From: an uncultured Coriobacteriia bacterium
GTDB lineage: Bacteria; Actinomycetota; Coriobacteriia; Anaerosomatales; PALSA-660
Reading direction: 5' to 3'
Assembly: GCA_963695385.1 (NCBI GenBank)
Contig: OY968780.1
Coordinates: 263,321-327,320, forward strand
Length of the DNA: 64,000 bases
This document shows, piece after piece, positions 41,573 to 50,818 of this stretch; the first letter of the stretch is position 1, and each line of letters starts with the position of its first letter. Under the pieces are notes generated by a model. The model saw only the letters and a program-made list of their open reading frames with translations, was not told the DNA's origin and did not search any database. Position numbers and translations under genes: made by a program.

Positions 41573-42733
41573 ATGACCGAGAACGTCTCAGCTCGAGCCC
41601 GCGCCATCAGGCCCTTTGTCGTCATGGACGTGGTGGCGCGCGCCAAGGAGCTCGAGGCCGACGGGCGCGACGTCGTGCGAATGGACGTCGGAGACCCCGA
41701 CTTCGCCACACCCGAGGTCGTCACGCAGGCCGCAGAGGCGGCGATGGAGGCCGGGGATACCGGCTACACCCAGTCGATGGGGCTGCCGGATCTGCGGCAG
41801 GCTGTCGCCGACCGATTCGGCACCAAGTACGGAGTGACCGTGGATCCGCGCGATATCGTGGTCACCCAGGGCACCTCCCCGGCCATGCTGCTCCTGTTCG
41901 GCTCGCTCCTGGATCCGGGCGACGAGGTCATCGTCGCCGACCCGTGCTATCCGGCGTATCCGAACTACATCGAGTTCCTCGGCGGCGTGGCCAGACGCGT
42001 GCCTGCGCGCGCGTCGGACGGCTTCGCGATGCGGCCGGACGAGATACGCGCCGCGATCACTCCGCGCACGCGATGCATCATGATCAACTCGCCTGGCAAT
42101 CCGACCGGCTCGGTGCTTCCGCCCCGTCACCTGCAAGAACTCGCGGCCATGGCCGAAGAACACGGACTGTGGGTGGCCAGCGACGAGATCTACCACGGGT
42201 TGGACTACTCGGGTCCCGACCACACCATCCTGGAGTTCACGGACAGGGCTTTCGTGCTCAACGGGTTCTCCAAGTTGTACTCGATGACCGGCTGGAGGCT
42301 GGGGTACCTGGTGGCGCCTCGAGACTTCGTCCGCCCCGCCGAGATCATCCAGCAGAACTTCTTCCTGTGCGCCAACCACTTCGTCCAGACGGCGGGTGTG
42401 GTCGCTCTCAGGCAGGCGGGTCCGGACGTGGAGCGAATGCGGGCGATCTACGACGAGCGTCGCCGCTACCTCGTCCCGGCCCTGCGAGAGATCGGCCTGC
42501 GCGTCGACACCGAGCCGACCGCGGCATTCTACGTGTTCGCCGATGCGAGCGAGTGGGGGAGCGACTCGCTGGCCCTGTCACACCGTCTGCTAGAGGAAGC
42601 GCTCGTGGCCACCGCTCCGGGGATCGACTTCGGCCCGGGCGGAGAGGGCTTCCTGCGATTGTCGTACGCCACGTCGCTCGAGCGTCTGCGCGAGGGTGTC
42701 GCACGCCTGGGGACTTGGGCCGCGGCGAGGTAG
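41573..42733 (+). CDS. PLP-dependent aminotransferase, class I/II (aspartate/aromatic type)
   Basis: 'VVRMDVGDPDF', 'INSPGNPTG', 'SDEIYHGL', 'NGFSKLYSMTGWRLGY' (the PLP Lys) and 'LRLSYA'. Confidence 0.9.
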   Translation: MTENVSARARAIRPFVVMDVVARAKELEADGRDVVRMDVGDPDFATPEVVTQAAEAAMEAGDTGYTQSMGLPDLRQAVADRFGTKYGVTVDPRDIVVTQGTSPAMLLLFGSLLDPGDEVIVADPCYPAYPNYIEFLGGVARRVPARASDGFAMRPDEIRAAITPRTRCIMINSPGNPTGSVLPPRHLQELAAMAEEHGLWVASDEIYHGLDYSGPDHTILEFTDRAFVLNGFSKLYSMTGWRLGYLVAPRDFVRPAEIIQQNFFLCANHFVQTAGVVALRQAGPDVERMRAIYDERRRYLVPALREIGLRVDTEPTAAFYVFADASEWGSDSLALSHRLLEEALVATAPGIDFGPGGEGFLRLSYATSLERLREGVARLGTWAAAR

Positions 42734-42827
42734 CGCATCCGGCAGCCCGGTCGGCTGGGGTACGGGTCGGTGTCAGAGCGCGCTGCTATGCTTGCGGCGC
42801 AGCCGCCGGAGACAGGAGCAGGCCCGG

Positions 42828-44005
42828 ATGTCAGTCTTCTCGCACTCGCGCATCGCCGCGTACGAGACGTGTCCCAAGAAGTACGAGTTCGCCTACATCC
42901 AGAAGACCCCCAGGGGGGCTGACGGGGTGGAGGCGTTCATGGGAAGCCGCGTCCACGAAGCGCTCGAGTGGTTGTACACGGAGGTCGGAGCATGCCGCAG
43001 CCCCGACGAGGAGGACGTCGTGGCTCGCTACGTGGACGCTTGGGAGGCGGCATGGAGCGACGACATCAGAGTCACCCGCGTCGGCCGGACGTCCGACGAC
43101 TACCGGGCCATCGGCGAGAAGGCGGTACGCCACTACTTCCGCCGCTATCATCCGTTCGATCGCGGATCACGGTCGGACTCGAGATGCGCGTCGGCCTTCG
43201 GCTGGATCAGGATCACGAGGTCACCGGGTTCATAGACCGCCTGGTCAAGGTCTCCGATGGCGTCTGGGAGATACACGACTACAAGACGAGCGCCTCGCTG
43301 ATGACGCAGGGCAAGGCCGATGCGGACCGTCAACTCGCGCTCTACGAGCTCGCGGTGAGAGAGGCGTATCCGGACGCGGCCGAAGTCTCCTTGGTCTGGC
43401 ACTATCTCGTGTTCGACCAGGAGGTTCGATCCACCCGATCGCCTCAGCAGCTTGCGGACCTCCGCGCCCAGGTGCTCGAGTCGATACACCATATCGAAGC
43501 GCAGACCGAGTTCCCGACCAAGACCTCGGCACTGTGCGACTGGTGCGAGTACAGACCCCAGTGCCCTTCGTGGAGGCATGAAGTCGAGTTGGCCGATCTC
43601 CCGGAGAGCGAGTACGCATCCGAGCCCCGAGTGGCTCTGGTCGACAGATATGTGAGTCTGGCCGAGGAAATCAGGAACCTGGAGACCGAGAAGGACGCGC
43701 TCGCCGCGGAGATACTGCGGCGCGCCGACGCCGACGGTCTCGATCAGGTCTTCGGCACCACGCACGCGCTCAAGGTCTTCCGGTTCCGTGGCGCCGGGGT
43801 CCCCGGCAAGGACGACCCCGGACGCGAGGAGGTCGAGGCGATCCTGCGCGCCGACGGCCTGTGGGATCGATTCTCGTATCTGGCCGCAGCTCCGCTGGCC
43901 AAGGCCATCGACGGAAGGATGCTTCCCCGCGAGACTATGGAGCGGCTATCAGGATATGTGACAATCAGGTCTGGAGCGCGACTGTACCCGCGCAAACGGA
44001 CATAG
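42828..44005 (+). pseudogene. Cas4/AddB-like PD-(D/E)XK nuclease with a 4-Cys cluster, split by a 1-nt frameshift near 43161..43166
   Basis: Frame A gives 'MSVFSHSRIAAYETCPKKYEFAYIQ...RRYHPFDRG'. Frame B continues 'ITVGLEMRV...VTGFIDRLV...WEIHDYKTS...QLALYELA...ALCDWCEYRPQCPSW'. The two parts form one domain. Confidence 0.75.
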
Positions 44006-44015
44006 GAGGGGGAGC

Positions 44016-44456
44016 GTGACCAGTCTCGAGGACCTCGGCGAGTTGCGTGACTTCGGAGACGGCGAAGTGGTGTTCGATGAGGGGACGTCGGGCCGTTGTC
44101 TGTACACGGTGGTGAGCGGCGCTGTCAGCATCCGCAAGACCGGTGACGTGGTCGCGACCGTTCTGACGGAGGTCGGACCGGGCGAGCTTCTCGGCGAGAT
44201 GTCGCTGGTCGAGAACAAGCCTCATTCGGCGACCGCGATCGCGATCGGTCCCACCACTCTCGCGTTCATGGACCGCGACACCTTCCTGTCGGCATTGCGC
44301 CAGAATCCGGAGATAGCGCTGCGCGTCATGTCATCTCTGGCAGGCCGCCTGCGCGACACGACCGATAAGCTCCAGCAAATCGCCACCCTCCACGTGCTCG
44401 ACCGCACGGAGCTTGCCCTGATCCAGAAGGCGATCCTGGAAAGCGACCTGATCTAG
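44016..44456 (+). CDS. Stand-alone cyclic-nucleotide-binding (CAP effector) domain protein, no HTH
   Basis: 'FDEGTSGRCLYTVVSGAVSI...GPGELLGEMSLVENKPHSATAIA...LAFMDRDTFLSALRQNPEIALRVMSSLAGRLR'. Confidence 0.8.
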   Translation: MTSLEDLGELRDFGDGEVVFDEGTSGRCLYTVVSGAVSIRKTGDVVATVLTEVGPGELLGEMSLVENKPHSATAIAIGPTTLAFMDRDTFLSALRQNPEIALRVMSSLAGRLRDTTDKLQQIATLHVLDRTELALIQKAILESDLI

Positions 44457-44624
44457 CGCCCGCCTCAGGTCGTGACACAGCGCGGCGCCTGGTCGCGTGC
44501 CCCGGTCGCGGATGTGTATTCTGTGTGTGGTCGGGCCGCCGATTGTCGAATGGGTATGGTTTTCGCTCATCCTCACGACGATACACAATCCAGAGTGTCC
44601 TCGACGAGCAGGGGAGAATCGCCG

Positions 44625-45359
44625 GTGCCAAACGTATGGAGTAAGGCTGACGTTCACATCCACTCGCGTCACAGTGACGGTCTGGCGTCCATTCCCGAGA
44701 TCATGGAGTACGCATCCAACAGCACGGACCTACGAGTCATAGCCATCACGGATCACAACACCATCGAGGGTGCGCTGTTCGCGAAATCGATCGAGGACCT
44801 CTACCCCGGGCTCGAGGTAGTGGTGGGCGAGGAGATAACGTCGAAGTGGGGGCACATCCTGGGTCTGTTCCTCACCGAGGAGATCCCAGCCGGTCTGTCG
44901 GCGGCTGAGACGATCGCCCGGATCGAGGCGCAGGGGGGCATCGCCATCATCGCCCACCCGTTCGCGAATCGCGCCTTCGGACCGTTCGGTCTCAAGAGTC
45001 TCGGCAAGAAGATCGAGGACGTCGCGTTCCACGCCATGGAGGTCTACAACTCATCGCCCTACCTGGTCTATGCGAATCGGCTGGCTGCAAAGGCCTTCGC
45101 GGGAGGTCAGGGCTGGGCCGCCACCGGCGGCAGCGACGCGCATGTGCTCAAGGCGATCGGCAAGGGTCACACGTTGTTCCGCGGCGAGACGGCCGCAGAC
45201 CTGCGCCATGGACTTCAGCAACTCGACACGAGGGCGTGCGCGGACCGTGGCGGGATGTCGGTCGCACTTCGTTACATGTTCCGCTACCCGCAGATCAGGC
45301 GCCAGCAATCGATCAACTGGGACCGGTGCCGACCGGCCTTCAGCCTGAGGCGTCGCTGA
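44625..45359 (+). CDS. PHP-domain metal-dependent phosphoesterase
   Basis: 'KADVHIHSRHSDG', 'IAITDHNT', 'IIAHPF' and 'GGSDAHV'. GTG 44625 lies after GGGGAGAA; the ORF opens at 44472. Confidence 0.75.
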   Translation: MPNVWSKADVHIHSRHSDGLASIPEIMEYASNSTDLRVIAITDHNTIEGALFAKSIEDLYPGLEVVVGEEITSKWGHILGLFLTEEIPAGLSAAETIARIEAQGGIAIIAHPFANRAFGPFGLKSLGKKIEDVAFHAMEVYNSSPYLVYANRLAAKAFAGGQGWAATGGSDAHVLKAIGKGHTLFRGETAADLRHGLQQLDTRACADRGGMSVALRYMFRYPQIRRQQSINWDRCRPAFSLRRR

Positions 45360-45360
45360 C

Positions 45361-46602
45361 CTAGCACTCCCGGGCCGTGCGCGTCGCGACCTCCGCGAGA
45401 ACGGCTCCGACGGCCGGATCGTCTCCCCATGCGCCCAGCACGACCGTGGAGATGGACGTCCCCACGGCGGCGCGCTCCACGGCGTTCGGCAGGTCTATCG
45501 TCGTCTCCAGCGAGTCCGCCGGCACCGCGGCCGGTACCACGGCGATGCGATCGCAGCCGAGTGCGGCGAGGTGACGGACCACTTCGGTCACGTCCGGGTC
45601 CTGCCAGTCCAGCCAAGCGGAGCGGACGTGTGCCTCGTTTGCCCCCTCGGCGACGAGCATGGCCCTGACGCGTTGAAGGAAGAACGTCTCGTGCTCGCAC
45701 GAGCTGGGATGCGCGCGATCCCACTGCCATGGCTGTCCGTTGCCGGCCAGGACGATCCCGTCGCCCGGGCGCGGCCCGTCGGGCAGGGCGGCGACCACCC
45801 TGTCTGCCACAAGCCGCGCGAGGGGGGTCTCCGACCAAAGCGGAGGGGCGTACGAGACGCGTACTCCCAGGGTCGCGAGGGTCCGGTGATCGGTGTCCGT
45901 ACGTGCGCGCTCGTACTCGATCGACTCGGCGATGCCGAGGTGGATGACCACGATGTGGCGGGCGCCGAGAGCGACCGCCTGCGCGATCGCGTCCGAGAGC
46001 CGCGGCGCGCCGGTGAGCCAAGCCTCGAGAACAGGCCCGTCCTGTCCCTGCGCCCGCAGCGTGTCTTCCATTCGCTCGATGATGGTTCTCACCACCGGGC
46101 GTGAAGGGCTGACCCCCTGGGCACGATACCTCTCCCGGTCGGCGGTGTAGGCCAGGACACGCAGAGCGTCGGGCGGCACCGGGACGTCGGTGTCCGCGAG
46201 AAGCTCGAACGCCTGGGTCACCACCGCGGGGGTGTAGGTCTCCGGCTGGCCCTGAGCCAGGACGACGAAGGCCGGAGCATCCACGCGGGCGTCCGGACTT
46301 CCCGGTGCGGGTTCGAGCTTTCTGGGCGGCGGCTGCAGCCTGGTGAAGTAGGGCACGAGCGAGGCGCCCAGCGCATAGCCGCCCAGGATCGCCCCCACGG
46401 TGATGAAGACCGAGATGACCGATGTATCCAGCCGGCCGGACGACCTCGAGACGGTCACCGCGGACAGCGCCGACATGGTCATGAGCGCCGCGGAGCAGAC
46501 GCTGAGCAGCCGCGCGAGCCTTCGACGGACGACCAGCGAAGCGCAGGCCGCACACCCCGAGGAGACACCGCTCACAAGCAATGCGGCCCAACCGAGCAGC
46601 AT
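45361..46602 (-). CDS. Membrane-anchored ferrochelatase/CbiX-like chelatase-fold protein
   Basis: Two to three N-terminal hydrophobic helices. The C-terminal half 'SAWLDWQDPDVTEVVRHLAALGCDRIAVVPAAVPADSLETTIDL' resembles the ferrochelatase 'WL.P...G...V.P..F..DH.ETL.E.D' block, but the His is replaced. Confidence 0.45.
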   Translation of the reverse strand: MLLGWAALLVSGVSSGCAACASLVVRRRLARLLSVCSAALMTMSALSAVTVSRSSGRLDTSVISVFITVGAILGGYALGASLVPYFTRLQPPPRKLEPAPGSPDARVDAPAFVVLAQGQPETYTPAVVTQAFELLADTDVPVPPDALRVLAYTADRERYRAQGVSPSRPVVRTIIERMEDTLRAQGQDGPVLEAWLTGAPRLSDAIAQAVALGARHIVVIHLGIAESIEYERARTDTDHRTLATLGVRVSYAPPLWSETPLARLVADRVVAALPDGPRPGDGIVLAGNGQPWQWDRAHPSSCEHETFFLQRVRAMLVAEGANEAHVRSAWLDWQDPDVTEVVRHLAALGCDRIAVVPAAVPADSLETTIDLPNAVERAAVGTSISTVVLGAWGDDPAVGAVLAEVATRTAREC

Positions 46603-46895
46603 GCCGATATGCCTCCACTCGTGACCGACAGCAGTCCGCGGCGTCCCGGTCGTCCGCGCCGCGCGTCCACTATAACCCGACCCGAGGCACGCCCGGCTCG
46701 CTACGGAGTCGCCTCGGAAGCCTCAACACACGTATACTTCAGTGGTGCCGCGGCTGGCCCCGTGTGCAGCTCGCCTGACGTGACGGAGGACCCATTGTCC
46801 GTCATCGCGCTCCATCGTCGGGGGAGTGGCGCGTGAGAGCCTCGGCGTGTGTCGTGTGAGGGCCCCGGCTAGGGCCGTGCGAAAGGCGGATTCGG

Positions 46896-47348
46896 GTGAT
46901 CCTGGACCAGACCGACCACATCGAAGCCCGAGAGGACCCCGAGGCGGGATACGACTACCGCCGCGACTGCGTCCGCGGATTCGAAGAGGCCGCGGAGGCG
47001 TTGGAATCCGCTCTCGCCCGGCACGGCTTCACGGTTCGCATCGTCCACGACATCCAGGCCACCCTCGCGGCTAAGGGATTCACCATCAAGCCCATCCGCA
47101 TCTACGAAGTCGAAGCCCCGAGGGGCCCGGGTGCGATAGGCGGTGGCGCGGCGCCGTCCGGCGCGGAGAGCCTGACCAGACTGGTTCCCTGCAGGGTCAA
47201 CGTGTTCGTGGAGGGCGACGGGGTCGTGGTGACCGCCCTGCGACCGACCCTCTTGTGCCGCGTGTTCCCCGACGAGTTGTTCGACGACGTGGCCGTCGCA
47301 CTGGAGCGCGTGCTCGTCGCTGTAGTGGATGAGGCCGCAGGCGTCTGA
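46896..47348 (+). CDS. DUF302-domain protein
   Basis: 'FEEAAEALESALARHGFTVRIVHDIQATLAAKGFTIKPIRIYEV...PCRVNVFVEGDGVVVTALRP'. Confidence 0.7.
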   Translation: MILDQTDHIEAREDPEAGYDYRRDCVRGFEEAAEALESALARHGFTVRIVHDIQATLAAKGFTIKPIRIYEVEAPRGPGAIGGGAAPSGAESLTRLVPCRVNVFVEGDGVVVTALRPTLLCRVFPDELFDDVAVALERVLVAVVDEAAGV

Positions 47349-47371
47349 CCGCCGTCGGAATCGTGTTGCGG

Positions 47372-47722
47372 TCAGGCGTCGTCGGGCGAGGACCACGTGT
47401 CCGGAAGATTCACGAACCGCAGCAGCACGGAAAGGGCCTCGTCGATGATCTCTTCGCGGGACTTCGCCTCTGGATCCACCAGGCAGGTCTTCATGGAATG
47501 CCCGATTATCCGAAGCCCGACCTGGTTCAGCGCCGACTTCGCGGCCATGACCTGAGTGAGGAGGGCGTCGCAGTTCTGGTCGGATGTGATCATCGACTGG
47601 AGTCCGCGGATCTGACCCTCGAGGCGCTTCAGCCGATTCAGGATGCGCTTTCGTTCGTCGTCGTCCCTCATCGGGGCTGTACGTCCGACCGAGTCGCTCG
47701 TCATAAGGGACTCCTCCCGCAC
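47372..47722 (-). CDS. csoR: CsoR/RcnR-family metal-sensing repressor
   Basis: 'RILNRLKRLEGQIRGLQSMI...QNCDALLTQVMAAKSALNQVGLRIIGHSMKTC' carries the C-H-C ligand pattern. Confidence 0.85.
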   Translation of the reverse strand: MREESLMTSDSVGRTAPMRDDDERKRILNRLKRLEGQIRGLQSMITSDQNCDALLTQVMAAKSALNQVGLRIIGHSMKTCLVDPEAKSREEIIDEALSVLLRFVNLPDTWSSPDDA

Positions 47723-47754
47723 CGATGGATCTAGTGACCTGGGGCAAGGCGCAC

Positions 47755-47773
47755 TATACCCCTAGGGGGTATA
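47755..47773. promoter_or_regulatory. Pseudo-palindrome TATACCCCTAGGGGGTATA, CsoR-type operator candidate
   Basis: AT arms flank C4/G5 tracts. It lies 33 bp upstream of the csoR start, in the csoR-rpoN divergent region. Confidence 0.5.
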
Positions 47774-47849
47774 TATGACAAGAACGGTCGGGATACCGGG
47801 CGTCCGGCCGCTGAAGACCTCGGCTTTGCGCATGGGGCATAATCAGAAA

Positions 47850-47865
47850 TGGTACGGCGCTTGCT
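47850..47865 (+). promoter_or_regulatory. Sigma-54-type -24/-12 promoter candidate upstream of rpoN
   Basis: TGGTAC-GGCGC-TTGCT compared with the consensus TGGCAC-N5-TTGCW: one mismatch and correct spacing. It lies 53 bp before ATG 47918. Confidence 0.5.
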
Positions 47866-47917
47866 GGCCCCCGCCCGCTTCCCGGGGGCGGCCGACAGCG
47901 TTTCGGGAGAGGGACGC

Positions 47918-49309
47918 ATGGAACTGGGTCAGAGGCCCGAACTCAGACACAAGGTCACGCTGTCGCCCCAGGTATACCAGGGGCTGAGCATACTCGCCAT
48001 GCCCGTCGCGGAGTTGCAGACGCTGGTCGAGGCGGAGCTCCTTGAGAATCCGGTGCTGGAAGTCGAGGAATCCGATGAGACGGATTCCGACACCGACGAG
48101 CGGGACGAATCCCCCGAAGAGGAGCGCTCCTGGGACGAGTGGCTCGATCAGTACGAGGAGCTGGACTCGTCGGACCCCATAGTGCCGCGAGACCCGAACG
48201 TCGAGGAGGTGGACACCGACGAGTTCGTGGGCGGGGTGCAGACCTTCGACGCCTACCTGCTCGAGCAACTCGGGATGCTCGACATCGACGGGCCTACGAT
48301 GAACGCGGCCGCCGCAATCATCGGCTCACTGGACGATGACGGCTACTTCTGCGGTGAGATGGAAGAGGTGGCGGGGATCGCGGGAGTCCCGGCCGAAGTC
48401 GCCGCGAGCGCTCTCGGGGTCGTGCAGCAGCTGGATCCGCCCGGTGTGGGCGCTCGCACCCTGGGCGAGGCACTCAAGATCCAGCTCGACTATCTGGGCC
48501 TCAACGAGCCGCTGCTGCTGACCATCATCGATGATCACCTCGACGAAGTGGCGGCGAGCCACCATCGCAAGATCGCGCGCGCACTGCACGTCGATGAGGC
48601 CGAGGTGCGTCGCCTGGTGGACATCCTGCGCACCCTGAACCCCCGGCCCGCGGGCGCGTTCTCGCCCGGGCCCTCGCCAGGCTACATCGTCCCGGACGTG
48701 ACGCTGCGCCGTTTCGCCGACGGGTGGACCGTGACCGCCAACAACGACGTGGTGCCGCCGCTGCGGGTCAGCCCGCGATATCGGGGCATGCTGCGCCAGG
48801 GATCGGGCGCGGATCCTCAGACAGTCCGCTACCTCAAGGACAAGATAAGGTCCGCGGAGACCTTCATCCGCAACGTCGACAGGCGCAAGGACACCGTGAG
48901 CCGCATCGCCCAGATCGTGCTGGAGTCTCAAGGCGAGTTCTTCGAGGATGGGAAGGGGCCGCTTCGCCCGCTGCGCCTCGAGGATGTGGCCGTCGAGATA
49001 GGCGTGCATCTTTCGACGGTGAGCCGCGGCGTGACAGGCAAGTACATGGCGACCCCGTATGGCATGTTCGAGATCAAGCACTTCTTCTCGGGGGGGTACC
49101 GCACGAGTTCCGGCATGGACGTGGCCTCGACCAGCGTCAAGAACCGGCTCAAGGAGATGCTGGCCGCGGAGGACGCCGATCACCCGGTGTCGGATCAGCG
49201 GCTCGCCGAGATGCTCAAGGACGAGGGGATGACCATCGCCCGCAGGACCGTGGCGAAGTACCGCGAGGAGATGGGCGTCGAGCCGTCGTGGGCGAGGAAG
49301 CGACGGTGA
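47918..49309 (+). CDS. rpoN: RNA polymerase sigma-54 factor
   Basis: Region I 'LSPQVYQGLSILAMPVAELQTLVEAELLENPVLE', an acidic region II, and the C-terminal RpoN box 'ARRTVAKYRE'. Confidence 0.93.
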   Translation: MELGQRPELRHKVTLSPQVYQGLSILAMPVAELQTLVEAELLENPVLEVEESDETDSDTDERDESPEEERSWDEWLDQYEELDSSDPIVPRDPNVEEVDTDEFVGGVQTFDAYLLEQLGMLDIDGPTMNAAAAIIGSLDDDGYFCGEMEEVAGIAGVPAEVAASALGVVQQLDPPGVGARTLGEALKIQLDYLGLNEPLLLTIIDDHLDEVAASHHRKIARALHVDEAEVRRLVDILRTLNPRPAGAFSPGPSPGYIVPDVTLRRFADGWTVTANNDVVPPLRVSPRYRGMLRQGSGADPQTVRYLKDKIRSAETFIRNVDRRKDTVSRIAQIVLESQGEFFEDGKGPLRPLRLEDVAVEIGVHLSTVSRGVTGKYMATPYGMFEIKHFFSGGYRTSSGMDVASTSVKNRLKEMLAAEDADHPVSDQRLAEMLKDEGMTIARRTVAKYREEMGVEPSWARKRR

Positions 49310-50805
49310 TCGCTCTCGAGCCGGAGGCTCGATCCGAGCGGGACCAGGACTCGGCCAGGCTTCGCGACGTGCTCATCGTGGGTGCCCTGCTGGTCTTCGT
49401 CACGCTGCTGCACAGTTTCACGTCGGATGTGACGCCGACCCAGGCCGCGTTGCACGAGTTCTACAGGCGGCTCTACTACCTGCCCATCCTGTACGCGGCC
49501 TTCAGGTTCGGCACGAGGGGCGGTCTGGTCACGGCCATCGCGTCCGCGCTGCTGTTCAGCGTTCACGTCGCGCTTGCTCTGGGAGGGTTCTTCGGTCGCT
49601 ACTCCGGCAATCTGATCGAGATAGTCATGTTCGTCGTGATGGGCGTGCTTTTCGGCCGGCTGCGCGATGTCGACGAGCGACGCAACCACGATCTGATCAG
49701 GGTGTCGAGGAAGCTGGAGGATGCGTACAGGGTGCTGGAAGAGCGAGCCATGCAGCTGATCAGCATTCAGGACTACACGCAGTCGATCCTGCGCTCGGTC
49801 ACATCCGGAGTCATCACAGTCGGACCCGATGACTCCGTCGCGACGGTCAACCCCGCGGCGGAGCGCATGATCGGAGTGACGGAGGAGATGGCTGTCGCGG
49901 CCACCCTTGGCTCGCTCTTCAAGGAGGACGGCGGTCTGGCCGGGGACGTCTCGCGCGTGCTGGCGGGCCGCGCGCCGCGGATGACCCGCGACCGCACCAT
50001 AGTCACCCGCGGCGGCAGGACGGTTCACGTGCAGGCATCCGTTTCGAGGATGAGAGACGTGGGTGGACGGAAGCTCGGCGCCGTCGTCACCATCGAGGAC
50101 GTCTCGGAGGTGAAGACGCTGACCGACCAGCTGGTCCGGGCGGACAGGCTGGCCGCCATGGGGGAACTCACGGCGGGAGTCGCGCACGAGGTCCGCAACC
50201 CGCTGGGCATCATCCGGGCCTCCGTCCAGCTCATGGAGGAGACCGCCGAGAACCAGCCCCGCCTGCACGAGGCGGCCGAGGTCGTCAAACACGAGATAGA
50301 CCGGCTCGACCGCGTGATCAAGGCGCTGCTGGATTTCGGGAGGCCGTCCGCGCCGAGTCTGCGCGAGGTCGACGTCCGCAGCGTGCTGGAGGAGGTCGTG
50401 CTCTTCACGCGCAAGTTCGCCGACCGAAGCAAGGTCCGCATCTTGGAGGACTATGCGTCCGACCTGCCCTTCGTCATGGCCGATCCGGAGCAGTTGAAGC
50501 AGGTCTTCGTCAACCTGATCAGCAACGCCGTCCAGGCCATGTCGGAGGATGGAGGCGACCTGACCGTGGCGACCGGATGCGAGGACGAGTTCGTGTTCGT
50601 CCGGTTCACGGACTCGGGACCGGGAATCCCCACTGAGACGCTGGGCAAGGTGTTCGACCCGTTCTTCTCGACGAGGGACGACGGGACCGGCCTTGGACTC
50701 ACGATCGTGCATCGGATCGTGGACGAGCACGACGGACACATCGAGGTCGCCAGTGACCCCGAAATGGGAACAGCATTCACTGTGCATCTGCCGGCCGTGA
50801 CGTAG
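49306..50805 (+). CDS. Membrane sensor histidine kinase (TM region + PAS + HisKA + HATPase), NtrB/AtoS-like
   Basis: GTG 49306 overlaps the rpoN stop (GTGA). H-box 'GVAHEVRNPL', N-box 'NLISNAVQAM', and 'DSGPGIP...GTGLGL'. Confidence 0.9.
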   Translation: MIALEPEARSERDQDSARLRDVLIVGALLVFVTLLHSFTSDVTPTQAALHEFYRRLYYLPILYAAFRFGTRGGLVTAIASALLFSVHVALALGGFFGRYSGNLIEIVMFVVMGVLFGRLRDVDERRNHDLIRVSRKLEDAYRVLEERAMQLISIQDYTQSILRSVTSGVITVGPDDSVATVNPAAERMIGVTEEMAVAATLGSLFKEDGGLAGDVSRVLAGRAPRMTRDRTIVTRGGRTVHVQASVSRMRDVGGRKLGAVVTIEDVSEVKTLTDQLVRADRLAAMGELTAGVAHEVRNPLGIIRASVQLMEETAENQPRLHEAAEVVKHEIDRLDRVIKALLDFGRPSAPSLREVDVRSVLEEVVLFTRKFADRSKVRILEDYASDLPFVMADPEQLKQVFVNLISNAVQAMSEDGGDLTVATGCEDEFVFVRFTDSGPGIPTETLGKVFDPFFSTRDDGTGLGLTIVHRIVDEHDGHIEVASDPEMGTAFTVHLPAVT

Positions 50806-50818
50806 GGGGAGCGAACGC

